Source: Parcubacteria group bacterium M6-OD1-3
GTDB lineage: Bacteria > Patescibacteriota > Minisyncoccia > Moranbacterales > UBA9337
Reading direction: 5' to 3'
Assembly: GCA_003056165.1 (NCBI GenBank)
Contig: LSNR01000014.1
Location: 6,408 to 70,407 of the forward strand
DNA length: 64,000 bases
Position 1 is the stretch's first letter. Each line of letters starts with the position of its first letter. Of the stretch, positions 9,748 to 17,756 are shown in pieces. A program made the position numbers and the translations under genes. The notes beneath the pieces were generated by a model that saw only the letters and a program-made list of their open reading frames with translations, ran no database searches and was not told the origin of the DNA.

Positions 9748-10143
9748 GTTTTATGTAGTTCATATTGCTTTTGGCATATGGATTGCTCAGACCCTATCCA
9801 AAAACTCACCACACTTATTAAAAATTAAGTTTGCCAATTAAACATCGAAATTTCTGTAAAAAATTATTCAAAACTCGTCAGAATATATTAATATTCTTTC
9901 TCATTTTTTACAATTTTTTCCTAGAAATTTTTTCGTTTTAACCAGGCATGAATTTTCGGATAGGTTCTTAAAAAATAAACATGTTTTTCTAGACTCATTC
10001 CTGTCCGAATCTTGTTTAGGTCGGATTATGAGTTTTGGCTTTGATAAAATATATTAATATTATTATTAAAGATTGAAAAACAGGTGTTAATAATAGATTT
10101 TATTATGGAAGGAATTCCTAGAAATCTTTAATAAGGAAAAAAT

Positions 10144-10911
10144 ATGATTAAAGAAAAAAAGACGTCTCCTGCGGGAGAAAAGAAAGGTTTGAAAAAAAAA
10201 CCTAAAAAAGATAAAGGAGCTGTTAATGTGGACTTAACAAAAACAGAGATAGACATTCGAGAAATGTTAAAATGCGGTGTTCACTTTGGACACAGTAAAT
10301 CACGCAAAGATCCTCGAATGGATAAATACATATTTGGATTAAAGCAAGGAATAAATATTATTGATTTGCAAAAAACCGAAGAGAAATTAAAATCAGCTAT
10401 CGATTTTATTGAAAAACTTAAAAAAAATCAAAAGCAAATTCTTTTTGTGGGAACAAAAAAGCAAGCAAAACTTTTAGTTAGGGCTGTTGCTAAAGAGGCT
10501 GAAATGCCCTACATTGAAGAGCGTTGGTTGGGCGGAACATTTACAAATTTTTCAGTTATTAGAAGAAGGGCGCAATACTTGAAAGATTCTCAAGAAAAAA
10601 TGAAAAAAGGAGGATTTAATAAGTATACTAAACTGGAGAAATTAAAAAAGAGCGAAGAATTGGAAAAATTGGAAAAGAGAATGGGGGGAATCAAGGCTAT
10701 GCGAGAATTGCCTGGGGCGGTTTTTATTGTAGACATTAAAGCTGATGAAATAGCTTTAAAAGAGGCTATCAGTGCTAATATTCCAGTTGTTGCATTAGTA
10801 GATACAAATGTAAATCCAGAAAGGGTTGATTATCCAATTCCGGCAAATGATGATGCTACTTCCTCAGTAAAATTAATGTTGGAATACATTGGAGCGACAA
10901 TTGTTAAGTAA
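10144..10911 (+). CDS. rpsB: 30S ribosomal protein S2
   Basis: CGVHFGHSKSRKDPRMDKYIFG...IIDLQKT and the rest of the S2 core. Confidence 0.9.
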   Translation: MIKEKKTSPAGEKKGLKKKPKKDKGAVNVDLTKTEIDIREMLKCGVHFGHSKSRKDPRMDKYIFGLKQGINIIDLQKTEEKLKSAIDFIEKLKKNQKQILFVGTKKQAKLLVRAVAKEAEMPYIEERWLGGTFTNFSVIRRRAQYLKDSQEKMKKGGFNKYTKLEKLKKSEELEKLEKRMGGIKAMRELPGAVFIVDIKADEIALKEAISANIPVVALVDTNVNPERVDYPIPANDDATSSVKLMLEYIGATIVK

Positions 10912-10970
10912 ACAAAAAATAATCAATAGCAAGAGTTCTTAAAAAAGAAACCCCCTATTATTTATTGTAA

Positions 10971-11564
10971 TTGTTAATTAAAAATATGTTAGAATTAATT
11001 AAAAAAATAAGACAACAAACAGGTGCTGGGATGGTTGATATTAAGAAAGCCTTAGAAGAAGCTGGTAATGATGAGAAAAAAGCGATTGAAATTCTTCGTA
11101 AAAAGGGTCAAAGCAAGGCTGTTAAAAAAGCTGAACGAGAAGCTAGTGAAGGAGTAATCGGTTCGTATATTCACTCCAACGGAAAAATTGGAGCGATGGT
11201 AAAAGTTTATTGTGAGACTGATTTTGTCGCACGTAATGAAGAATTTCAAAAATTAGCAAAAGATATGGCAATGCATATCAGTGCGATGAATCCACAAGTT
11301 TTAGATCCGAAAGATGTATCGGACAAATTGGTTGACAAAGAACGAGAAATTTGGGTAGAACAATTGAAAAATGAAGGAAAACCAAAAGAAATTATGCAAA
11401 AAATTATGGAAGGAAAAGAAAAGAAATTTAGAGAGGAAATTTCTTTAATGACACAACCTTTTGTTAAAAATCCGGAAATGACAATCCAAGATTTGGTTAC
11501 TGAGGAAATTGGAAAAATTGGAGAAAATATTAAAGTTGGAGATTTTTCCAGATTTGAATTGTAA
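10971..11564 (+). CDS. tsf: elongation factor Ts
   Basis: LIKKIRQQTGAGMVDIKKALEEAGNDEKKAIEILRKKG (UBA-like N-terminus) plus the EF-Ts core. Sits in the conserved rpsB-tsf arrangement. Confidence 0.9.
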   Translation: MLIKNMLELIKKIRQQTGAGMVDIKKALEEAGNDEKKAIEILRKKGQSKAVKKAEREASEGVIGSYIHSNGKIGAMVKVYCETDFVARNEEFQKLAKDMAMHISAMNPQVLDPKDVSDKLVDKEREIWVEQLKNEGKPKEIMQKIMEGKEKKFREEISLMTQPFVKNPEMTIQDLVTEEIGKIGENIKVGDFSRFEL

Positions 11565-11615
11565 AATATTATTGGCAGGAGACGGTAAAATGAAAATAGC
11601 TTAAATCAAACAAAT

Positions 11616-12422
11616 ATGTTTAAATATTTAGTTAATTTATATGGTTGGGGAGATGCCAGCATTTGTTCTAGTCGAGCGGAATATAAAAAAGGTAACCAAA
11701 TAATAGCAGAAGATGAAGGTGGAAAAATGTTAGGAAAAATTAGCAAAGAAATAAGTTCAGATGTTGAACAAAAAAGATATCAACTATATGATAAGGGTGA
11801 ACGATTGACAGTTGTTAGATTAGCAACAGAGAAAGATTTAGAAAAATTTGAAAAAAATTCTAAAAAGAGAAATAGCATTTTAAAGCGTTGCCGGAAAGAA
11901 GCAAAGAGAATGAATTTAGAAATGAAATTTGTAGATACTTGTATTACTTTGGGAAAGGGTGTGGTGATTATTTCGTTTATTGCTGATGGGCGAGTTGATT
12001 TTAGGCAGTTGGTTAAAAATTTATCCAGAGTATTTCATTGTTCCATTAAAATGCATCAAATTGGTTCCAGAGATGAAGCGAGAAAATTGGGTGGGTGTGG
12101 TGTTTGTGGAAAGGAATTGTGTTGTTCAAGTTTTTTGGGAGAAATTCCAAGTATTTCCACTGAAATGGCAAAAATTCAGCAGGTGTCGCAAAGAGGATCG
12201 GATAGAATATCAGGAGTTTGTGGTCGGTTGCTTTGTTGTTTGTCTTATGAAGTGGGTCAATATCGGGAAATGATGAAAGGAATGCCAGAAATTGGTAGTA
12301 AAATTAAAACGGAAAAAGGTGAAGGAAAAGTTGTAGAAATTAATCCATTAAAGCAAGAGATTAGGATTAGATTGGAAGATGTGAATGAATATGTGACTAT
12401 TAAAAAAGAAGATTTTAAATAA
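11616..12422 (+). CDS. PSP1 C-terminal domain protein (RicT/YaaT-like)
   Basis: Cys-rich conserved block GGCGVCGKELCCSSFLG...GVCGRLLCCLSYE. Confidence 0.65.
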   Translation: MFKYLVNLYGWGDASICSSRAEYKKGNQIIAEDEGGKMLGKISKEISSDVEQKRYQLYDKGERLTVVRLATEKDLEKFEKNSKKRNSILKRCRKEAKRMNLEMKFVDTCITLGKGVVIISFIADGRVDFRQLVKNLSRVFHCSIKMHQIGSRDEARKLGGCGVCGKELCCSSFLGEIPSISTEMAKIQQVSQRGSDRISGVCGRLLCCLSYEVGQYREMMKGMPEIGSKIKTEKGEGKVVEINPLKQEIRIRLEDVNEYVTIKKEDFK

Positions 12423-12443
12423 TAGTAGATTAGATTTGAAAGA

Positions 12444-13181
12444 ATGTTTTATTTATATTTTGTTTTACCGCCAGTTATAATTGTTGTTAGCTTAGCACTG
12501 ATAATATTTTTGGTGTCTAGAAAATCACTGGAAATCGAAAGAAAAATAACAGAAGATAAAGCCAATGCAATAAATAATGAAAGTCAACTAAGTATGGAAG
12601 TTAAAAGCAGAGGGTTATATTTTTTGGAAAAACTGGCTCATTGGTTTAAAATATTCTCATTAAAAATGCACAATTGGCTTGAGGAAAAATTAAAATTTAT
12701 AAAACAGAGAAAAGTTAAGATTGATTCAGATAAAAAAAGAAATGGTCAGGAGCATATTGATGACAAACAAAATATACAGAGAGAAGAAATTGAAAAAGAA
12801 AATGTTCGTCCAGAAGTTAAAAAGAAAAAACTGATTGAAAAGATATTTCAAAACATTAATGAAAAAAGAAAATTAAAAAAGGATGCGAAAAGAGCCAATG
12901 AAGCTGATGCTGAAAAGAAGGAAAGAATAGAAATTTTTAAACAGAAGGCGATGATTAGCAAAGAGGTTACCTACCCAGAAGAAAAAAAAGAAGAATTGGA
13001 AAATATTTTAATAGAAAGAATCGCTATTGATCCTCGTGATATAGAGGCTTATGAAAGACTGGGAGATTATTATATTAGTCAAAAAAATTATAAGGATGCG
13101 AAAGAATGCTATCGTCAGGTTTTGAAATTAAATCCCCGAAGTGTGACTATAAAGAAAAAGTTGGAAAATCTTATTAGATAA
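12444..13181 (+). CDS. membrane-anchored K/E-rich protein with C-terminal TPR-like repeat
   Basis: N-terminal TM helix, charged low-complexity middle, C-terminal YERLGDYYISQKNYKDAKECYRQVLKLNP. Confidence 0.35.
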   Translation: MFYLYFVLPPVIIVVSLALIIFLVSRKSLEIERKITEDKANAINNESQLSMEVKSRGLYFLEKLAHWFKIFSLKMHNWLEEKLKFIKQRKVKIDSDKKRNGQEHIDDKQNIQREEIEKENVRPEVKKKKLIEKIFQNINEKRKLKKDAKRANEADAEKKERIEIFKQKAMISKEVTYPEEKKEELENILIERIAIDPRDIEAYERLGDYYISQKNYKDAKECYRQVLKLNPRSVTIKKKLENLIR

Positions 13182-13254
13182 GCCGAAATAGCTCAATTGG
13201 TAGAGCAATTGTTTTGTAAACAATAGGTTACCGGTTCAAGTCCGGTTTTCGGCT
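13182..13254 (+). tRNA. tRNA-Thr (anticodon TGT)
   Basis: Manual cloverleaf: acceptor gccgaaa/tttcggc, anticodon loop tttgtaa, T-loop ttcaagt. Confidence 0.8.
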
Positions 13255-13264
13255 CAAGAAAGAT

Positions 13265-13292
13265 TGATAAAAAGTTGAAAGTGAGTATAATT
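13265..13292 (+). promoter_or_regulatory. promoter TTGATA-16-TATAAT driving the tRNA-Tyr/Thr block
   Basis: Consensus-like -35/-10 about 18 nt upstream of the partial tRNA copy. Confidence 0.5.
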
Positions 13293-13309
13293 AAAATATT
13301 GGGTCGGTG

Positions 13310-13325
13310 GCAGAGTTCATCCAAA
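13310..13325 (+). other. 16-nt duplicate of the tRNA-Tyr 5' end (gggtcggtggcagagt) followed by unrelated sequence; partial pseudo-tRNA
   Basis: Exact match to the first 16 nt of the full tRNA-Tyr 81 nt downstream. No T-arm follows. Confidence 0.6.
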
Positions 13326-13390
13326 GGCTGATATAGGTCATGCCCAGAAAGATTATCTTAAAATTAAGATTGGTTAGGTTAATTGAATAT

Positions 13391-13474
13391 GGGTCGGTGG
13401 CAGAGTGGTCAAATGCATCAGACTGTAAATCTGACGACTTCGGTCTACGGCGGTTCAAATCCGTCCCGGCCCAC
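13391..13474 (+). tRNA. tRNA-Tyr (anticodon GTA), long variable arm
   Basis: Anticodon stem-loop tcaga-ctgtaaa-tctga, long variable arm, T-arm ggcggttcaaatccgtc. Confidence 0.85.
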
Positions 13475-13482
13475 ATAAACCC

Positions 13483-13555
13483 GCCCGGGTAGCTCAGCTG
13501 GTAGAGCATTTCCATGGTAAGGAAAAGGTCACCGGTCCAAGTCCGGTCTCGGGCT
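13483..13555 (+). tRNA. tRNA-Thr (anticodon GGT)
   Basis: Acceptor gcccggg/ctcgggc, anticodon loop atggtaa. Confidence 0.85.
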
Positions 13556-13616
13556 CAGTAAATATTAAAAAGGTAGCTTATGGATAGTATAACTGTTCAA
13601 ATGTTACGACAATAAA

Positions 13617-13775
13617 ATGGCAAATGAAAAATTAGTTAGAATGAAATGTACAGAATGCAATAATATCAATTATTATACGAATCGAAACAAGAAAAAACTT
13701 AAAGAAAAATTGGAGTTAAAAAAATATTGTAAATTTTGCAGAAAACATACCGTTCATAAAGAATTGAAAAAATAA
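13617..13775 (+). CDS. rpmG: 50S ribosomal protein L33 (52 aa; below the ORF-track size cutoff)
   Basis: Translation [52 protein letters not shown] has the L33 zinc-ribbon CxxC...CxxC pattern. Confidence 0.85.
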   Translation: MANEKLVRMKCTECNNINYYTNRNKKKLKEKLELKKYCKFCRKHTVHKELKK

Positions 13776-13798
13776 ATTTTGCAAGAAGGCTGTTTTGC

Positions 13799-13906
13799 AG
13801 TGGAAAGTTAGAGTCAAGGCGGACCTGTCAAACTTTCTGTTAGTTTAATTGTAAGTTAGTGAAAAGTTAGATACAGGCGGGCTTGTCCGACGAAGCGAAG
13901 CGTAGG
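13799..13906 (+). repeat. conserved pre-tRNA element, copy 1 (gtggaaagttaga...caaggcggacctgtcaaactttctgttagtttaat...taagttagtgaaaagttaga)
   Basis: About 80% identical to the element at 47016..47100. Both immediately precede tRNAs that share an identical 19-nt 5' end. Confidence 0.6.
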
Positions 13907-13976
13907 CGGGTGTCGTATAGTGGTAGTACAGGAGTCTCCAAAACTTCTAGCGGGAGTTCGATTCTCTCCACCCGTG
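13907..13976 (+). tRNA. tRNA-Trp (anticodon CCA)
   Basis: Anticodon stem-loop ggagt-ctccaaa-acttc, T-arm gggagttcgattctctc. G1-U72 wobble in the acceptor stem. Confidence 0.7.
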
Positions 13977-13984
13977 CGGATTAA

Positions 13985-14011
13985 AAAAATCGCTTGATTG
14001 AGCGATTTTTT
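13985..14011 (+). terminator. rho-independent terminator (aaaaatcgcttgattgagcgatttttt)
   Basis: Hairpin followed by a T-run directly after tRNA-Trp. Confidence 0.7.
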
Positions 14012-14084
14012 GGTAGGCAATTTAATAAGACTGAGTGGAGATTAGAACTTTTTAGCATATTTTTGCAGGTATGACATTTCTAAA

Positions 14085-15140
14085 TGTAATTGACAGTAAG
14101 AATTTTTGTTTTAGGCACATACATTTGTCGGTTCTTGTATTTCATTTAAACTATAATCTTTTAAAAATTTATTAGGACTTTTTCCATTTAAACTACAATG
14201 TCTTAAATTATTGTAATACATATTCCATAACCTAACACGATATTTCAATTCTTCCACATTAGCAAATTTCTCTCGAGAGTATAATCTTCTTTGATCACTA
14301 CCATGACTTCTTTCAACTGTTCCATTTTGAGTTGGACTACCTTTATCAATTAAGTAATGCATAATATTAAGTTTAGCACAAAATACATCCAATTGATGCA
14401 ATTTAGGATTCATTGGATCAGAACTTTTTAAATAGCCAGTATATCTATTAGTAAAAATAGCATGATTATCTGTTTTGATAGCCTTAATTTTAAAAGGAGC
14501 TTTCTTGAGTATTTTTTTTAAAAATATAATTGAATAATGATTAGATTGTCCATCATATATTTCTAAATGTCTCCATCTGCTAGATAAATCTATAGCTGTA
14601 AACTGATAATATCGCTTACCAGCAATCTTTCCTGGTACATATTTAACATCTATTTTTATCATTTCTCCGGGATTCAGTTTACTTCTAATATATTTGTATC
14701 TAATCCTTTTTCTTCTATATTTCTTAACTAAACTTTCCGCTTTTAATATTTTACCAATTGTTCTTTCATGAATATTAATACCTTCTTCTTCTAAATCCCA
14801 CTTTATCTTTAAAGCACACTCTTTCTTTTCTTTTCTTTTCTAATTTCAATAATTTTTTCTTTGATTCGAATAGAAATTTCCCTGGGATGTGTTTTAGGTC
14901 TAGTCGATTTAGATTCTAAACCTTTTTCTCTATATCTCCTATAGCTACTTAACCACCTTTCCAAACTTCTTTTACTATATGGACATATTTTAGAAACATC
15001 TACCAACTTAACTTCTTTTTTATAGATAGGAAGTATCCATCTTAATCTTTCCTCTTTAATTGTTTTTGACATATTTATACACATACATCAGAATATCTCT
15101 ATTCTGGGAAAACCGCCAGATGTTTGTGCATATTACATTT
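14085..15140 (-). mobile_element. IS481-like insertion sequence (boundaries approximate; only a weak 9-bp inverted match aaatgtaat/attacattt seen at the ends)
   Basis: Contains an HTH plus DDE (rve) transposase. It sits where secE-nusG would be expected after rpmG and tRNA-Trp. Confidence 0.45.
14111..15084 (-). CDS. IS481-family transposase in two frames (orfA 14809..15084 HTH; orfB 14111..14839 DDE integrase core), joined by a -1 frameshift within the GA-rich tract 14812..14839
   Basis: orfA has an HTH (KICPYSKRSLERWL). orfB has rve-like motifs (QFTAIDLSSR..., NGTVERSHGSDQRRLY, LNGKSP). The -1 frame is open across the agaaaagaaaagaaaagaaag tract. Confidence 0.6.
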
Positions 15141-15281
15141 TGTTATTGACTATATCGCTTTTTAATGTTATTATAAATTATCGTAATCTTACGATGAAGG
15201 TAGTTCTATCACAATTGAATAATAAAGATTTTTTGATATTAAAGCTTTTTATTAATAATTGCAAAATGAAGGAGGATAGCT

Positions 15282-15632
15282 ATGTCGAAACAAACTAATA
15301 TTTGCTTAAGGTATGGTTGCAGTGCGTGTTGTAACCCCGTTAAGATACGGAGCTTAGTTATTATTAATACAAAGGATGAGAGATTACCTTTTGTTGATTT
15401 AAGCATGATTTATGCTCCAAAAATGCATCCAGATTCTGTAAAATTGAAAACATATAAGTGCAAGTTTTTTAATGAGGAAACTGGTCTATGTGTTGATTAT
15501 AATGGCAGACCAAATATTTGTAGAAACACACAATGTTCTGCATTCGATACAGACAATGAAGATGAAATCGCTAAGATAATTGAGAATATTAAAAAGGAAG
15601 AGTTTATAAAAATTCCTATAAAGAGAGGTTGA
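15282..15632 (+). CDS. YkgJ/UPF0153-family CxxCxxCC putative Fe-S/zinc-binding protein
   Basis: CLRYGCSACCNP near the N-terminus with further Cys later. RBS GAAGGAGG upstream. Confidence 0.55.
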   Translation: MSKQTNICLRYGCSACCNPVKIRSLVIINTKDERLPFVDLSMIYAPKMHPDSVKLKTYKCKFFNEETGLCVDYNGRPNICRNTQCSAFDTDNEDEIAKIIENIKKEEFIKIPIKRG

Positions 15633-15633
15633 T

Positions 15634-16413
15634 ATGTTGGATAAATTTGTATTACAGTATGCACGCTTTAAAACATTATGGGCATATAAATATGGAGATT
15701 GGAAAAAACTCCTAATAGAAGAGGGCGGGGAATCCTTAATAGAGGTTCCGGTCAACATAACTTTTCCATATTATGCTCAGGAAATGGCATTGATAAACGA
15801 CACTAGAATTTTTTTGCGTCAAACTGTTCTTGAAAAAGTTCTCGTGGCTAGACAATGGCTGAGTCAACAAGACTTAGATTTAAAGGTGTATGATGGATGG
15901 CGATCAATGACATTGCAAGAAAATCTTTTTTGGTATTATATGAAGTTATATACTTCTAAAAAATTTGGGATGCATGAAGAATTTGATAAGTTAGATGCGT
16001 TTCAAGATATCAAGAATTTTTTCGAAAGTTTGTCTCAGTCGTTGAAAATACAGATGGATGCTGCCAATAAAATATTTGTTAGCTGGCCGTCTAGCAATAT
16101 TCTTTGTCCAAGTCCTCATACAACGGGCGGAGCTGTGGACGTTTGGCTTTTCAAGAATGGCAAACCTCTTGGCTTGGGCGTTCCATTCGATTGGATGTAT
16201 GAAAATGCTGGTGCCTTCTATCATCTCAAATTGTTTAGAGAACAATTTTCCAATGATAAGGATGTTTGTAAATATCGTAACATACTTTTGTTGGCAATGC
16301 TAAAAGCAGGCTTTTCATGTTATGGTCCTGAGATTTGGCATTTTAATTATGGAAATCAAATGGACTCTCTTGTGACAAAGAAAATAGCTCAATATTCATA
16401 TATTGAGCCTTAG
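15634..16413 (+). CDS. peptidase M15 family D-Ala-D-Ala dipeptidase/carboxypeptidase (VanX/VanY-like)
   Basis: SPHTTGGAVDV (the SxHxxGxAxD zinc site) and EIWHF motifs. Confidence 0.6.
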   Translation: MLDKFVLQYARFKTLWAYKYGDWKKLLIEEGGESLIEVPVNITFPYYAQEMALINDTRIFLRQTVLEKVLVARQWLSQQDLDLKVYDGWRSMTLQENLFWYYMKLYTSKKFGMHEEFDKLDAFQDIKNFFESLSQSLKIQMDAANKIFVSWPSSNILCPSPHTTGGAVDVWLFKNGKPLGLGVPFDWMYENAGAFYHLKLFREQFSNDKDVCKYRNILLLAMLKAGFSCYGPEIWHFNYGNQMDSLVTKKIAQYSYIEP

Positions 16414-16436
16414 ATTTTCAGTAATAATCTGATATT

Positions 16437-16468
16437 AGACAATCGTAGTAATATGATTGTCTTTTTTC
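16437..16468 (+). terminator. rho-independent terminator (agacaatcgtagtaatatgattgtcttttttc)
   Basis: 8-bp stem plus a T6 run after the M15 peptidase gene. Confidence 0.65.
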
Positions 16469-16497
16469 TTGCAAAAATACTTATTTGAAAGTATTAT
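16469..16497 (+). promoter_or_regulatory. promoter TTGCAA-17-TATTAT upstream of ddl
   Basis: Consensus-like -35/-10 elements. Confidence 0.4.
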
Positions 16498-16559
16498 TAT
16501 ATTGCAAAAAAATAAAAAATGTATGATTATATTTTAATGAGAAATTAATTTAAAATTTT

Positions 16560-17666
16560 ATGACAAAAATTAAAGCTGAGAAAAAAATAAACCTGACTAT
16601 TATTTTTGGAGGGAAGTCAGCTGAGCACGAGATTTCAATTCTCTCAGCTAAAAGTGTTGTGAAAGCGATTGATGAAGATAAATATAATATTTCTCTTGTG
16701 GGCATCAATAAAAAAGGTGGCTGGTCGGTCATTAGTAAAAAAGAATTACTGACAGGAAAGTTATCACTAGGGCAAGTTGAAATAAATAAAAATACTTCAA
16801 TTAAGAAATTTGCGTGCAGGGAAAATACTGACCTTTTGCAGGGAGTAAAATTCAATAAGAATAAAGTTGATGTAGTTTTTCCAATTTTACATGGTCCTTT
16901 TGGTGAAGATGGAACTATTCAGGGGCTTTTAAAGATGTTGGATGTAGCATTTGTGGGACCGAGCGTTTTAGGTTCGGCAATTAATATGGATAAAGATGTT
17001 TCCAAGAGATTATTAAAAGAGGCTGGTTTACCAATTCCTAAATTTTTAGTTTATCAAAATAACAAGAAAGAGGAAATTTCTTTTGTAAAAATTAAGGAAG
17101 AGTTGAGAATGCCATTTTTTGTGAAGCCAGCCAATTTAGGTTCGTCGGTTGGAATCAGTAAAGTGGAAAAAGAGGCTGATTTTAAAAAGGCTATGGAAGA
17201 AGCTTCTCTGTTTGATAATAAAATTGTTATCGAAGAAGCTATTGAGGGAAAAGAGATTGAGTGTTCTGTTTTGGGAAATGAAAATCCAATTGCCTCTGTG
17301 CCAGGGGAAATAATTCCGACACATGACTTTTATTCTTATAAGGCAAAATACTTTGATGAGAATGGTGCAAAAATGGCTATACCGGCAAATATCTCAAAAG
17401 ATGTTGCTGGGAAAATCCAAGAAATGGCCGTGAATGCTTTTAGAATTCTTTGTTGTGAAGGTATGGGTAGAGTTGATTTTTTCTTAACGAAAGATAATGA
17501 AATATTTGTAAATGAAATTAATACTATTCCGGGGTTTACGCCAATTAGTATGTATCCAAAGTTATGGAAGGAAAGCGGTATGGGTTATCCTGAATTAATA
17601 GATAGATTAATTAAGTTGGCGATGGATAAGCAGCGAAGAGAAAGAAAATTGAAAACCTCGGTGTAA
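16560..17666 (+). CDS. ddl: D-alanine--D-alanine ligase family (ATP-grasp)
   Basis: N-terminal IFGGKSAEHEISILSA plus the ATP-grasp core (GEDGTIQGLL, RVDFFLT...NEINTIPGFT). Confidence 0.85.
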   Translation: MTKIKAEKKINLTIIFGGKSAEHEISILSAKSVVKAIDEDKYNISLVGINKKGGWSVISKKELLTGKLSLGQVEINKNTSIKKFACRENTDLLQGVKFNKNKVDVVFPILHGPFGEDGTIQGLLKMLDVAFVGPSVLGSAINMDKDVSKRLLKEAGLPIPKFLVYQNNKKEEISFVKIKEELRMPFFVKPANLGSSVGISKVEKEADFKKAMEEASLFDNKIVIEEAIEGKEIECSVLGNENPIASVPGEIIPTHDFYSYKAKYFDENGAKMAIPANISKDVAGKIQEMAVNAFRILCCEGMGRVDFFLTKDNEIFVNEINTIPGFTPISMYPKLWKESGMGYPELIDRLIKLAMDKQRRERKLKTSV

Positions 17667-17756
17667 TTTAAGAAGATATTTTTAAAACATAACCTTTAAG
17701 ATACTCACCAAACAGGTTTTAATGCGGTCTATTACATCGTGCATCATATAGATACA

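Noticed and set aside
13291-13515. 74-aa minus-strand ORF in the ORF track
   Set aside because: It lies entirely across tRNA-Tyr and tRNA-Thr sequence and is a spurious reading frame through structural RNA genes.
14040-15200. Clear terminal inverted repeats and target-site duplication for the IS element
   Set aside because: Only a 9-bp inverted match (aaatgtaat / attacattt) was found by eye, which is insufficient to define the ends. The mobile_element boundaries are given as approximate.
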